Shown: piece by piece, positions 32,231 through 42,813 of the stretch
Layout of the letters: every line of letters begins with the position of its first letter
Position numbering within the stretch: position 1 is the stretch's first letter
IMG/VR virus record: IMGVR_UViG_3300045988_058447
Location: 1-44,193 of that record
Source of the DNA: a virus
Length of the DNA stretch: 44,193 nt
Direction: 5' to 3' (one strand)
The notes under the pieces: generated by a model
Database searches by the model: none
Told to the model about the DNA's origin: nothing
The model's input: only the letters and a program-made list of their open reading frames with translations
Made by a program: the position numbers and the translations under genes

Positions 32231-34457
32231 TCCCTTCTAATGCTGATAGTCTGCGTTCTAACTCTTCATTTTTCTGCTTCAAAAGTTCAATTTCTTTCTG
32301 CTGACTTTGAATCATCTGTATATGCATGGCATGGAGATTTTCCTTGTCGATTTTCCAAGTCTTTGAATCTCCGTGAATTGCTTTTTCATCCTCTTCGGCA
32401 TCTTCTTTTAGCACAAGTCCGCTATCGGACAATCCGGCATCCTGCAAAATCTTCTCTAAATCCTGCGCAATTAAACCAAACTGCAAGCCTTTGTGCTGCG
32501 TGATGTATCCGGATTTCCATGTGTATTCAACCGGACACATTGCCATATACACGCTTTTAATATCTCTTAAGGTTTGTATATTATTTTTCAATCTTTTGTC
32601 GGAGCTAGGAATAGAAATCAAAAGACCCTCGATATCCAAGGTACTTTCTCTTGAACCGAAATCAGACATTTTATTAAAGTGTCTTGGCGAATACTTGGTT
32701 GTAGACTCATCATGCAGTGTATATTTTACATCTGTAAAATACCCACTCGGCAATTCACTTTTGGTTACGTAGCTACTCAGCGAATCGTCAACATAACTTT
32801 CGGTTGCTATGGATTCCGAGTTTGAATCCGTTACAGTGTCTAGGTCAATGAGTATGTTTTGAAGCATGGGTCTGCCCCTTCCGTCAAGTCCCATAATCTC
32901 AATATCATCACCATATGCCGTTGATTTAAAATTCAGCGAATCCACAATTGTTGCTTTTCCATATTCATCAAGCTGAAAATTCGCGGAATCTATTGTCAGA
33001 GTATTTGACTTAAAGTTTACCTGTCCGGATTCAATATCTACACTCTCTGGACTCATGGCGAATTTGCTTCGGATTTCATCTTCCCCAACCTTTTTGCCTA
33101 CTTCCATCTGGATAGAATCAGCGGTTTCTTTAAACGAAGACTCCAATTCGCCCTCTGCCTCTGTAGCACGCTTTGCCTCTGTAGCAATAAGTTCATCCGT
33201 CTGTTCGAATCTCGTAGAGGTATTTTTTTCTAAATCCTCATACGTTGATTGGAGATGGTCGGCATTTTCCTCCAGGGTATGTGTTCGTCTTTTTAATGAC
33301 TCCACCATTTCTCGCGTGGTTGGGTTCTGCGCGGTATGTTTTTCTGTTCCTGTAGATACAATCGAGTCACGCTTGCTTTGCACACCGGTAAGGGTTCGCT
33401 GCAGAATATAAGACTCCACAATCTCCCTGCTCGTGTTAAACCGGATTGGATCTCCCAACTCTAAACACGGATTCCCCACGCACTCGCTGCTCTTTATCGG
33501 GGTGTAAGCTGCCTGTGCAATTACCGGCAGCAGATTATTCGCAATCTGCTTCATTTCTGCCCCGGTCTTATCCGATATTAAAAAATTACCGGAAATTGTA
33601 TAATTGTTGCCCGCCGTTCCCACAATAGCCCCGGCGGTAGAATCATCTGCCCTGATCTCCAACTGTGTTATTGCTTGGCTTTGAAACGCTTCATAATCAA
33701 ATGTAATATAATGCCCGGTCATACTTTCTGTGTTTGCATCCGATGGAAAGAGATCTTCCCGTGGGTACAGATCTTCTGCCGGATACAGTGCAGATATAAT
33801 CGCCTTTAAAATCACATACTCAAATCTACCGCCTCTCCCGATATTTCCGAATGCTCCATTGATCTCGCATATCGCTTCGATGATTGTCTTGCCGCTTATC
33901 GTAGCTTCTGCGGTCACGCTGGAATCCTCGGACTGTGTAGTTACCAGTGTTTTGTTTACGGTCATGGAATCGTTGACAAGGCTTGTCTCTTTCTGTTCGA
34001 TGCCGAGGTATGCAAAAAAACTGTCACGAAATGCTTTCAGGGTCATCGGAAAAGATAAGCCGTCATACCAACTTTTTACATCAGCATTGATTATGTCATA
34101 CATGGCATCATAGGCAACGATCTGCCGCTTGGTACGATCAGCGGTCGGGGTATCAGACTGTACCGTATATGTGCCATACACAAACGGATCATTCTCATTC
34201 CCTTCCAGAGTTTCCGTCACACGTAGCTTCATGCCTTTTGTGGCAATTGGTACCTCACGTCCGGTAAAAGAAATCTGATTCGGCAGGCAGGAACCGAATT
34301 TCAGTTCCGTACCGTCATTCAGAGTTTCAATAAGTGTGAATGTGTCCTGCTCTCTCATGGAGTTGTCAATCACATGTTTTGTTCCGATTACTTCTATATT
34401 AAGTTGCTTATCAATTGAGCTTGCATAATAAAGCTCCTTGTTTTTGCCACCTATCAT
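32205..34457 (-). CDS. Tail-associated lysin / tip protein (Tal-like) with a C-terminal Peptidase_S74 intramolecular chaperone domain
   Basis: 750 aa, downstream of a Dit-like gene. SSDKRLKNNIQTL...FGLIAQDLEKIL is the S74 ICD signature. Confidence 0.7.
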   Translation of the reverse strand: MIGGKNKELYYASSIDKQLNIEVIGTKHVIDNSMREQDTFTLIETLNDGTELKFGSCLPNQISFTGREVPIATKGMKLRVTETLEGNENDPFVYGTYTVQSDTPTADRTKRQIVAYDAMYDIINADVKSWYDGLSFPMTLKAFRDSFFAYLGIEQKETSLVNDSMTVNKTLVTTQSEDSSVTAEATISGKTIIEAICEINGAFGNIGRGGRFEYVILKAIISALYPAEDLYPREDLFPSDANTESMTGHYITFDYEAFQSQAITQLEIRADDSTAGAIVGTAGNNYTISGNFLISDKTGAEMKQIANNLLPVIAQAAYTPIKSSECVGNPCLELGDPIRFNTSREIVESYILQRTLTGVQSKRDSIVSTGTEKHTAQNPTTREMVESLKRRTHTLEENADHLQSTYEDLEKNTSTRFEQTDELIATEAKRATEAEGELESSFKETADSIQMEVGKKVGEDEIRSKFAMSPESVDIESGQVNFKSNTLTIDSANFQLDEYGKATIVDSLNFKSTAYGDDIEIMGLDGRGRPMLQNILIDLDTVTDSNSESIATESYVDDSLSSYVTKSELPSGYFTDVKYTLHDESTTKYSPRHFNKMSDFGSRESTLDIEGLLISIPSSDKRLKNNIQTLRDIKSVYMAMCPVEYTWKSGYITQHKGLQFGLIAQDLEKILQDAGLSDSGLVLKEDAEEDEKAIHGDSKTWKIDKENLHAMHIQMIQSQQKEIELLKQKNEELERRLSALEGSASHAENI

Positions 34458-34873
34458 AAAATCCCACCGCCATATCCGATAAAAGCAATTCGCCAGCCGT
34501 CATATTCAATCGTTTTTTCATCTGCATATGCTACTATCGGAGTAATATCCGGAACATAGCAATGCATAGTCACATACTTCATAATTTCCGGACACCATGC
34601 CGTCACAAGACATTTCTTTTCGCGCCGTTGCTCCACATATTGTTTATTTATGTTACTCATAAATGCATTAAACTTCTTTTCGTTCATGGCAGGAGTCTGC
34701 CACTCTGCCTTAAGGACCTGGTTCTTTAATGCTGTCCTGTGTAGTTCTCCGTTATCATCATTGTATGAATCCTTGTCCTGCCCCAGGAGAGGGGACTGAA
34801 ATGTGCTGGCCAGTATACAGTCAAATGGAACTGTGTAATTCCCGACTTTAATTAAATAACCGCCGTATCCCAT
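34454..34873 (-). CDS. Distal tail protein-like (short)
   Basis: 139 aa immediately after the tape measure gene. Call rests on position. Confidence 0.4.
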   Translation of the reverse strand: MGYGGYLIKVGNYTVPFDCILASTFQSPLLGQDKDSYNDDNGELHRTALKNQVLKAEWQTPAMNEKKFNAFMSNINKQYVEQRREKKCLVTAWCPEIMKYVTMHCYVPDITPIVAYADEKTIEYDGWRIAFIGYGGGIL

Positions 34874-34885
34874 TCAATCCACCTC

Positions 34886-37800
34886 CTAAAATAAAAATGC
34901 TGGGTTTCCGGTTGCCCGGTAGTATTCATTGGCTTTTTGCTGCGTCACACGGAAGATTCCATTCGGATCTCCTTCCACTTTAAACAGAACATTTACTTTT
35001 TGATTTCCGGATGCCATTACAGATCGTACCGCACGCGCAACTCCATCCGATACAGATGCCACAATCTGGTCATTGTTCATAACGGACGTATGTCCTGCAA
35101 TTGTTCCGACCAGCTCCGGCCCAGCTTCACGCGCGATAAAAAGCTGTCCTGCTGGTGCGTTCTCGGTTCCTACTGCATAATGTGCTATGTTATGCCACAT
35201 ACCACCGGTATAGATGCCGCCACCGGCTTTCTTGGCTGTTTTTTTCTTCGATGAAGAATTATCATTTCCAATTCCAAGCCAGTTCTTAAAGTTGCTCCAT
35301 CCGTCTTTTATTAACTGGATTCCAACTTTTACCGTGGTTCCCACAAAGCTGTTTATTGATTTCCAACCGCTCTTATATAATTTCACAGCTACTTTATCCA
35401 GCTTTCCTACATACTTATTTAAGGTAGTCCAGCCATCCTTTTTCAGTCCAAAGCCTTTTTTACCAATTTCTCCAACAAACTTAGATACTGTAGTCCAGCC
35501 TTTTTTTGCAAGAGAAAATGGTTTTTTGCCGATCTCTCCAACAAATTTTGATACTGTAGTCCAGCCTTTTTTTGCAAGAGAAAAAGCTTTCGCCCCTATT
35601 TCTCCGACAAATTTCTTTAATGTAGTCCAGCCTTTTTTTATCAAAGAAATTGCAACATTTACTACGGATTTTGCACCATTAAATCCCGTTTGGATTAACT
35701 TAATGGCTTCCTTTGCCAACTTTGAAAAGCTAAATGATTTTATCTTTTCTTTCCAACCATCAATTACACCAAGGAAAATATTTGCTCCGAGTGGTTTCAT
35801 TTTTTTCGCAGGAGAATGGATACCGAATGCATCTTTTATTCCATTAACAACCCAATTAAAGAAATCAACAAACGGTTCTGCAATGGCTGCAATAGCTCCG
35901 GCAAATCCATCCATAATGCCCTCAAAGATATAGCTTCCCATATCCATTATGTCTTTCCGGTTTCCATCAAATGCCGTTTCAAAATTCTTCTTCATTTCCG
36001 AGAAGAATCCGCCAGCTTCATCAAAATTAAACACATTTTCGAGAATATCGCTCATTTTAATGTGTTTTAATTTAAAGGAAATGTTATCAAATACAGCCGA
36101 AATCGGGATGGATAATTTCATTTCTTTTCCGTCCCACCCTTTAGATTTTCCGAACGGAGCCATAATCTTTTTGGGCAAATCTTTTATCCACTTAATAATC
36201 TTTGACGGAATATCATTTTCATCTAAAAACTTTAATACGGTAAAAGTAACTGTCATTACTCCTATAGCAAGAGCAGCATCTTTAAGTGTCAAATTTAAAC
36301 CATTGTCCTTGAAGTAATCGCTTACAGATTTCTTCAAGGATTTACCCATTGATTTTCCAAATTTATTTATAGCTGCAGCCCCAAGAATTGTGGCTATGCT
36401 TTTAGAACTTAACGAACTAAGGAATGTACTCAATCCGTTAAAAATGTCTTTCCAACTTAGTCCACTGAAAAATCCAATCACAAACTGCCAGAATCCATCA
36501 ACCCATCCGTTTATTGCTTCTGCACATTGCTTCCACTTGAATTCACGAAAGAATTCATTGAATCCATGAGCCATATTTTTCCCAAATGTCTTGAATTTAA
36601 ATTTATCAGTAAATCCTTTTGATGCAAAAATTGCTGTATTCAACGACTTTGCGATAACGTCTGCGGTTGCTGTAAATACACTATTTCCTTTTTTATCCTC
36701 TGAGAATAATCCATTTAGAAATTCTGCAAAATCTTTTCCGAAATTTTCAGCTTTCGTGTAAATTTTATCCCACGGAATTTTCCCTATGGTGTCTGTGATT
36801 TCCTGCCTTATAGTTTCTCCAAGGCCTTCCCAATCCCCGGATTTAATTGCTTCTCTGATTTTGTCCGCAAGATCAGCAATATTCTGGTCAATTGGTACCT
36901 CTTCATACAGATCGCCTACTCCACCACCGCCACCGGAGCCACCAGAACCACCGGAGCCGCCGGAGCCGGAATCTTTATTGGAATCTATTACATTCAGCTC
37001 GTTAAACGATTGTAGCTGCCCTTTTAATTTTTTCGCCGCCTTCGTAGCCTTATCTGCTTTCGAGGCGGCTGCATCAAGTCCGGCTGCATAATTCTTCGTT
37101 TGGGTAGTGGCTTTCGTCCAAGTCTTTTTCCCTGTCAGTGCTGATATAAACTGGTTTACCTTATTGATTGCGGCTGTAAGCATATTTATAAGGTAGGTAA
37201 GCGCTGGCCCGACTGCACTTATAATCGGAGCGGCTAATGCCCCGAATGCATTTTTGAGAGTTGCTACCGCACTAACAAGAGCCGACATTTTTGCATTCAC
37301 ATCACTGGAATACCTTGCCATATTCTGGGTGCCGTCTTTTACGGCAGAAATCATTGCATTCCAGCCTTGCGTTATCCAGTTAAATACAAACAAGGAAAGC
37401 GCAATTCCTCTAATTCTGGACGCGAAGGCACTTACAAAACCGCTTGCTTTTCTGGTTTTCCCTGAAAAATTGTCAAGCCAGCTCCCCGTGCTCTTTCCTG
37501 CGCTCTTAGCGCTGCCGGAAACCTTATTCTCTTTCGCAGCCAATTCTTCGTGTCGGCGTGCAAGAACTTGCATTTGTTCATTCGTATCTCGAAGCTGAGA
37601 GGACAACTTTTTATATTCGTCTGTAGCATGGATTGCATCTTTACTTATAAACGCTGTCCCATTTGCCTTCATTTTTTCCATCTCGGCAGTCATTTTATGG
37701 ACATTCTCTTCTGCTGCAGTTATTTTTTGCCTTAACTTGTCAAAAGCAAGTCCACTTGTAATTCCAATATCTTCCCATTCTTTAGAATTGCTAACCAGCG

Positions 37801-38017
37801 ACTGCAATTCATTATTTGCCTTTTCTAAATCGTTTTGCAAATTTCTATAAGCATCTGTTGGGGTGGTCTGCTTTTCCATTTCCCTCATTTTTTCGGTAAG
37901 ATCAGATGCTTTTCGTGCAGCTTTAGAAATCTGATTTTCCAGACGCAACAACTGACTGGATGCGTTTTTCGTATTTATTTGTGTGTCAAATCTTACGCTG
38001 CCATCATAATCTGCCAT
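34886..38017 (-). CDS. Tape measure protein
   Basis: 1043 aa, N-terminal coiled coil, hydrophobic core, Gly/Ser tract, GW-type 22-aa repeats. Position after the chaperone genes. Confidence 0.85.
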   Translation of the reverse strand: MADYDGSVRFDTQINTKNASSQLLRLENQISKAARKASDLTEKMREMEKQTTPTDAYRNLQNDLEKANNELQSLVSNSKEWEDIGITSGLAFDKLRQKITAAEENVHKMTAEMEKMKANGTAFISKDAIHATDEYKKLSSQLRDTNEQMQVLARRHEELAAKENKVSGSAKSAGKSTGSWLDNFSGKTRKASGFVSAFASRIRGIALSLFVFNWITQGWNAMISAVKDGTQNMARYSSDVNAKMSALVSAVATLKNAFGALAAPIISAVGPALTYLINMLTAAINKVNQFISALTGKKTWTKATTQTKNYAAGLDAAASKADKATKAAKKLKGQLQSFNELNVIDSNKDSGSGGSGGSGGSGGGGGVGDLYEEVPIDQNIADLADKIREAIKSGDWEGLGETIRQEITDTIGKIPWDKIYTKAENFGKDFAEFLNGLFSEDKKGNSVFTATADVIAKSLNTAIFASKGFTDKFKFKTFGKNMAHGFNEFFREFKWKQCAEAINGWVDGFWQFVIGFFSGLSWKDIFNGLSTFLSSLSSKSIATILGAAAINKFGKSMGKSLKKSVSDYFKDNGLNLTLKDAALAIGVMTVTFTVLKFLDENDIPSKIIKWIKDLPKKIMAPFGKSKGWDGKEMKLSIPISAVFDNISFKLKHIKMSDILENVFNFDEAGGFFSEMKKNFETAFDGNRKDIMDMGSYIFEGIMDGFAGAIAAIAEPFVDFFNWVVNGIKDAFGIHSPAKKMKPLGANIFLGVIDGWKEKIKSFSFSKLAKEAIKLIQTGFNGAKSVVNVAISLIKKGWTTLKKFVGEIGAKAFSLAKKGWTTVSKFVGEIGKKPFSLAKKGWTTVSKFVGEIGKKGFGLKKDGWTTLNKYVGKLDKVAVKLYKSGWKSINSFVGTTVKVGIQLIKDGWSNFKNWLGIGNDNSSSKKKTAKKAGGGIYTGGMWHNIAHYAVGTENAPAGQLFIAREAGPELVGTIAGHTSVMNNDQIVASVSDGVARAVRSVMASGNQKVNVLFKVEGDPNGIFRVTQQKANEYYRATGNPAFLF
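35395..35640. repeat. Tandem 66-nt (22-aa) coding repeats inside the tape measure gene
   Basis: ctccaacaaa recurs at 35461 and 35527, and ctccgacaaa at 35593. The protein reads KKGWTTLKKFVGEIGAKAFSLA / KKGWTTVSKFVGEIGKKPFSLA / KKGWTTVSKFVGEIGKKGFGL, followed by degenerate copies. Confidence 0.9.
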
Positions 38018-38025
38018 CCGCTCAC

Positions 38026-38643
38026 CTACTTTCTGCCGCGAATTTCTGCCATCATGCGATCATAATCGTCAATTTTGGCTTTTTCTTCTGCTGTGTACTC
38101 TCTCTTTTCTTCCGGCTGATCCAATGCATAGATCTTCTGTGCCTTGCGCAATGCCTTGCGATATTCTGCCGATGTATTGTTGTCGGGCTTCTCCTGCCGC
38201 TTCGATACCACCTGTAAAAAACTGGATAGCTTATACGGCATATTCCAAAGCAGACCGCAGAACATCCACCAGTGCATATCCGTGGTGGCAAGATCTATAC
38301 CGTAGATCTGCCGGAAGTCAGCATAAATGCGCCATTGGTCAACATCGTAGTCAACCACTCGTGCCTTGTCCATGTCCGGATCCGGGTTGTCATGGAACCA
38401 ACCGGAGAGAAACCACTCTACACATTCGCCAAGATCTTTCCCCTGTGGATGATCCCGAAGATGCTCTTCCCCGTTCTCATCTTCATCAGCAAACATGAGC
38501 CACACGAACATATCGCTTTTCTCATAATCCGTCAGTGCGCGATCATATTTCGCCTGCAGCATCTGGATGCCAATCGTAAAATCTGTATTCACTTTGTACC
38601 CGTGCCACTCTTCCGGCAGATCGTCGAGAAAAACATTATTCAT
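38026..38643 (-). CDS. Phage_Gp15-like tail assembly protein
   Basis: VDYDVDQWRIYADFRQIYGIDLATTDMHWWMFCGLLWNMP matches the recalled Gp15 pattern. Confidence 0.6.
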   Translation of the reverse strand: MNNVFLDDLPEEWHGYKVNTDFTIGIQMLQAKYDRALTDYEKSDMFVWLMFADEDENGEEHLRDHPQGKDLGECVEWFLSGWFHDNPDPDMDKARVVDYDVDQWRIYADFRQIYGIDLATTDMHWWMFCGLLWNMPYKLSSFLQVVSKRQEKPDNNTSAEYRKALRKAQKIYALDQPEEKREYTAEEKAKIDDYDRMMAEIRGRK

Positions 38644-39217
38644 TCTTCTTTGTGTCCTTATGTTCCTGAATTAACTGGTTTTTGCCCTTGTTGTGTCTGT
38701 TTCTCCGTGCTTTACGGTTCGGAGAATACTTCCTGTGGATTGCTTCTGTTCTCGTCTTAAATAATTCGTTCATCACCGGCATTACAGTGTTCACGAAATC
38801 TACCAGAGCATCTTCATCCGGCACGAAATTCTCATTCAGTTCATAGCACTCATGGAAAACATTTTTAATGGTATCTTTTCCAAACAGTGCATCAATTTCC
38901 CGAATCATTCCCTCCAGAATACCAATGTGCATGTCTGAAGCATCCACGATAATATTCGTTTTCACATCGTCCGGAAGATCATCAAACTCTTTATGTTCGT
39001 ATTCCTTGTACTTTTCTTTGTAGACTGCAATCTTATCCTCACCGGAATTAACTACATCCTCCAGATTATTTGCCAGCTCCACAAATCTCTTTACTGTGGC
39101 CGCATCCGCCGTATTGATTAAAAGTGTTGTGATATGGTTCCCATCCACGTCATTCACTTCGATTTTCTTGATTCCATTATCAAAAGAAATATTTCTAATA
39201 TCTGCCATCATTACCAT
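38636..39217 (-). CDS. Tail assembly chaperone (gp14-like)
   Basis: 193-aa acidic protein between the major tail and Gp15-like genes. Confidence 0.5.
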   Translation of the reverse strand: MVMMADIRNISFDNGIKKIEVNDVDGNHITTLLINTADAATVKRFVELANNLEDVVNSGEDKIAVYKEKYKEYEHKEFDDLPDDVKTNIIVDASDMHIGILEGMIREIDALFGKDTIKNVFHECYELNENFVPDEDALVDFVNTVMPVMNELFKTRTEAIHRKYSPNRKARRNRHNKGKNQLIQEHKDTKKNE

Positions 39218-39270
39218 CCTCTCTTAATCCGGGGCGCGAAAGAGAGGTACGTGCCCCGAATATGTTAATT

Positions 39271-39783
39271 TTAATTAACACCTATTTTTTTATCAGCATC
39301 CTTTTTCTTCCAAGTGAAAGAGCCATCCGTACCGATAGTGATTGTTCCAAGCTCCGGATCTCCATTTCCGTTGATCTGGATCGAAGTTGTATGTGCATCC
39401 CCTCCGGCGCCACCGGTACTGGACGGGCACACCGTCACAGGGAACCGCATACAATCACCTGTTCCGCCTGTAATATCCGTCTTGAAGAAACGGTAATAGT
39501 TTGTATTGCACTTCTCGCCAGTAGGCAGAGTTTTAAAAAGCGTGTCAATACATTTCTGCATCTCATCAGACAGATATTCACGGGATGGCGTCATGGAGAG
39601 CGCATATCCCTTTACCGTATTAGATGCATTTTTCATGTTTACATACTGTTTAGATTCTGTGTTGGGTCCCAGGTCTTCTGTGATCTCTGTGAATCCATCA
39701 CCCATCTCCACAATTTTCTCTGTGGGGCCTGTAAGTGTTCCGATATCCAATAAGGACACCATGTTGGTACGATCTAATGCCAT
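39271..39783 (-). CDS. Major tail protein
   Basis: 170 aa. Position, plus a strong hairpin downstream. Confidence 0.65.
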   Translation of the reverse strand: MALDRTNMVSLLDIGTLTGPTEKIVEMGDGFTEITEDLGPNTESKQYVNMKNASNTVKGYALSMTPSREYLSDEMQKCIDTLFKTLPTGEKCNTNYYRFFKTDITGGTGDCMRFPVTVCPSSTGGAGGDAHTTSIQINGNGDPELGTITIGTDGSFTWKKKDADKKIGVN

Positions 39784-39798
39784 GTATATTTCCTCCTG

Positions 39799-40257
39799 TT
39801 ATTTTTTGTAAAAATATATAAGTTGCATATTTACGCCGTATCCCATCTGTTTTTCATCCTGCATAATTGGCAAGACTACAGATGTGCGTGCGATTTCCTG
39901 TAATGTCATGTGTGGATCGGCAAATTCAATCCCGGTATCTTCCAGCCATTTGCTCAAATTCTCCAAAACCATTTGCGCATCAATGGATGTTTTGTTGCTT
40001 GTCGGGGAACTGCGGTATACAATCTGGAATGGCATCTGTGCGGTATAGCTGCCACTCACATATTTCTTTATGTACCGCGCACCGGACAGTGGGTAAATTC
40101 CGATGGAAGTATCAGTGTTGATACTGTTCCACTTCACGTTTTTGTTGCTGGCTTTAAAAGTTTTTGGAAAATCCGGATACTGCAAAATCAGATCCAGCAC
40201 CGCATTTTGTGCGCTTTCCGCGTCTTTTATGGTCAGTTTTTCTACTTCTCCCATCAC
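39799..40257 (-). CDS. Tail terminator / neck protein
   Basis: 152 aa, operon position. Confidence 0.45.
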   Translation of the reverse strand: MMGEVEKLTIKDAESAQNAVLDLILQYPDFPKTFKASNKNVKWNSINTDTSIGIYPLSGARYIKKYVSGSYTAQMPFQIVYRSSPTSNKTSIDAQMVLENLSKWLEDTGIEFADPHMTLQEIARTSVVLPIMQDEKQMGYGVNMQLIYFYKK

Positions 40258-40688
40258 ACACCCCCAATCTCAAAATGAGGCATTACATCCTCATACTTGT
40301 CTACCGTTGTTATCTTGTATACAGAATCCAGATTGTCATGCGCCCATTCGTAAGCACCGGAATCCGGGATCTCCAAATCCGTATGATCGCCTTTAATGAA
40401 AAAATCATCTGTCGGGTGGAATGTGATATAGTTCGGCTTTTCCTTACCTGAAAGAGCGTCCCACGCTTTCGGCTCCATGTACGGCTTTGGTATCTTCCCC
40501 AAATCAACATAGAGCTTTACTGCATCCGCGCTATCCATGCCGCTTTTGGTTACATTCGCGCCCTTGGTTTCCACAAGGTTCACATTCTCCAATAATGTCA
40601 GATAACACTTTTCTTCCTCGGTGTCCGGATCACAAAAGCAGTTAAACAGTGTCACCGTGTCGTTGTAAAACAATCCAAGCCCCATCAC
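40254..40688 (-). CDS. Head-tail joining (head closure) protein
   Basis: 144 aa, with 4-nt overlaps on both sides. Confidence 0.45.
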   Translation of the reverse strand: MMGLGLFYNDTVTLFNCFCDPDTEEEKCYLTLLENVNLVETKGANVTKSGMDSADAVKLYVDLGKIPKPYMEPKAWDALSGKEKPNYITFHPTDDFFIKGDHTDLEIPDSGAYEWAHDNLDSVYKITTVDKYEDVMPHFEIGGV

Positions 40689-41092
40689 TCCACCCCCGCA
40701 TAAAGCAATCCGGTGCCGGACAGATATTCACATGCCGTGTCATAACAAAGGCGGTTCTGTGCCGTCTTATCATTCAGTACCTTATCAACAAGTGTTTCGT
40801 TGCTCCCAAAGCTGATTGACTGCCCACCCGAAGACATGGACTTTACATTGCCCTCCTGTGGATCGTTCGCATGATTGGTTTTGAAATCGATCTTATAGAG
40901 CAGATCTGCCAGTGCACATGTGGCTTTCTGGATACGCTCATCAAACTCTGTTCGGGTATCATCATTGATATTTCCATAGGTCAACTGATCCAGCTTCATG
41001 GATGCACGGTCTTCCCACTTTGGGAAAAGGGATTCCACGATAGAATCCCCATAGTATTTTTCTTTATAGAAATCAAATGTGGTATATCCCAT
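40685..41092 (-). CDS. Head-tail adaptor protein
   Basis: 135 aa directly after the major capsid gene. Confidence 0.5.
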   Translation of the reverse strand: MGYTTFDFYKEKYYGDSIVESLFPKWEDRASMKLDQLTYGNINDDTRTEFDERIQKATCALADLLYKIDFKTNHANDPQEGNVKSMSSGGQSISFGSNETLVDKVLNDKTAQNRLCYDTACEYLSGTGLLYAGVE

Positions 41093-41109
41093 CAGAAATC
41101 CCCTTCCTG

Positions 41110-42162
41110 CTACCCTCTGGTAATGATTCTCATAATATTGATCGCCTTGATAGGATAAGTAGCATTCTTATCAGAAGAATTGTTGTGCGCAATCTCCCAG
41201 TTTGTTCCTGTTTCCAGTTCATCAGTTGTTGGAGATACGATGCTTGTATTCTTCCAAGAAATGCCGTATGGGGCGAATACTTTTCTCTGTCTTGTATACA
41301 GAGTTGTTTCTCCACCGTTTTTTGCCGGATCACGATCCATCTCGGATGGAACCTTTACACCACAGTTTGTAAACTCAATTGCCCCGTTTCCAAGAACATA
41401 GGTAGTATATTTTGTATATCCGTCTCCTTCGCCCGGAGAAGATTCTTTGACTTCCTCTGTCGGCATAGTATCGTCTACAAGCACGATTCTGCCGTTTAAG
41501 GTTGCCAGCGGAAGGTTTCTTTCGATTCCGTTTCCGTCTGTGTACTTCATATACTCTAAGAGATTAAGGTTCTCCAAAATAGTGGCGGTGCGGGAATGCA
41601 TAATAACAAGCGCAAAGTTTGCTTTCTTATCACCAAGCGCTGCCTGCATACCGGTGTTGAGTGTTGTGGCACCAAAAGTACCGTCCTCATTTGCGGAAAT
41701 GTCGTAGGTGTGCTTTGTTACAAAGTTCTTTCCCTCTCCGGTAGCCATAGAGAACACGCCTTTAAGGATGCTAAGAAGCGTATCCTGGTCTACATCATCC
41801 CAGAATTCTGCAACCTCTCCCGCTGCTGCAGAATAATCGTCACCGGAAATGTCGGAAACAAAGTCCTTTTCCGTCCATCCCTGCGCACGTCCAACAACGA
41901 TACGCCCCATAGAATAGTTTCCGCGCTCCTCTGCCGTAATGTTTGTCTTACCGTCATAGTTCACGGTCTTTCCAGACAGCCGCGCCTTAATCAGAGTTGT
42001 GATAAAGTTGCCGCCCTTCTGATCCGGCAGCATAGGAGCATACTCCCCGCGCTCCACAATAGCGCCACAATGAAGCAATTCATTCAGACGAAGGTTCGGT
42101 GTCTCGCGCACTGCAGCGTCGAATACTTCGCCATTAAAATTTACTAAGTCAAATAATGCCAT
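41110..42162 (-). CDS. Major capsid protein
   Basis: 350 aa, immediately after the scaffold gene. Confidence 0.75.
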   Translation of the reverse strand: MALFDLVNFNGEVFDAAVRETPNLRLNELLHCGAIVERGEYAPMLPDQKGGNFITTLIKARLSGKTVNYDGKTNITAEERGNYSMGRIVVGRAQGWTEKDFVSDISGDDYSAAAGEVAEFWDDVDQDTLLSILKGVFSMATGEGKNFVTKHTYDISANEDGTFGATTLNTGMQAALGDKKANFALVIMHSRTATILENLNLLEYMKYTDGNGIERNLPLATLNGRIVLVDDTMPTEEVKESSPGEGDGYTKYTTYVLGNGAIEFTNCGVKVPSEMDRDPAKNGGETTLYTRQRKVFAPYGISWKNTSIVSPTTDELETGTNWEIAHNNSSDKNATYPIKAINIMRIITRG

Positions 42163-42165
42163 TTA

Positions 42166-42813
42166 TTATTTCTCCTTTCCTCGTCTCAGATATGGTGTGA
42201 TATCCATATCTGGGTTCTGATTTTTCATTTTCATAAGTTCAGCCATAGACAGTTTTGCTCCGTCTGGCTGGTTGATGTTATTCCCGACAATCTGGCTACG
42301 CTTCTGCTGCGCCTGGAATGTTTTGTCGTCAATGAGGATATCCGGCTTGTAATTGCCCTTCTCATCCTTTACGATTGCATCGAACAGATCAGAAACGCTC
42401 TTTCCTCTCGCTTCATCCGAATTAAGGGTTTCAACAAGCTGTTTCTTGATTGCATCCGCTGTAATAGCATTAACAAAATGCTTATCTGCAAAGAAATCTG
42501 TCACAAGGCTGTCAAGTCTTGCAATCTCGTCCTTTTCCTTGCGTTCCTTGCGCTCAGTCTCGAGTGTTGCAGTCAAATCCGCAATTTTCTGATTCAGTGC
42601 ATCAGCATCTGGGGCGGCATCTTTCATGGCCTGCAGTTCCTTTTCAAGATTCTCCTGTTTGGTTTCAAGATCTTTCTTCTCATTTTCCAAGGTTGTAATC
42701 TTTTCATTTTTCTTCTGCACTTCCAGATCCGATACGAATTCCCCAGGAAACGCCTTTTCAATTTCTGGTGTAATCTCAACACCAAGAGCTTTCAGTTTGT
42801 CGATAATATTCAT
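42166..42813 (-). CDS. Scaffolding protein (Phage_GP20-like)
   Basis: 215-aa coiled coil, KLKALGVEITPEIEKAF..., many E/K heptads. Confidence 0.7.
   Translation of the reverse strand: MNIIDKLKALGVEITPEIEKAFPGEFVSDLEVQKKNEKITTLENEKKDLETKQENLEKELQAMKDAAPDADALNQKIADLTATLETERKERKEKDEIARLDSLVTDFFADKHFVNAITADAIKKQLVETLNSDEARGKSVSDLFDAIVKDEKGNYKPDILIDDKTFQAQQKRSQIVGNNINQPDGAKLSMAELMKMKNQNPDMDITPYLRRGKEK

Noticed and set aside
35214-35933. 239-aa plus-strand ORF with repetitive sequence, and a possible CRISPR-like array at 35.4-35.65 kb
   Set aside because: The repeats are contiguous 66-nt coding repeats of the tape measure gene, with no unique spacers. The plus-strand ORF is their antisense shadow.
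38636-38643. Possible programmed -1 frameshift joining the two tail-chaperone ORFs
   Set aside because: The 8-nt overlap (ATGAATAA) contains an ordinary ATG start for the Gp15-like ORF. I could not see an X XXY YYZ slippery heptamer upstream, so the two ORFs are treated as separate genes.
39218-39270. GC-rich hairpin (CGGGGC...GCCCCG) after the major tail gene, considered as a terminator
   Set aside because: It has no U-tract in the minus sense. It is more likely a partial attenuator or mRNA-stabilising stem that sets the ratio of major tail protein to chaperone, and the evidence is not strong enough to annotate it.
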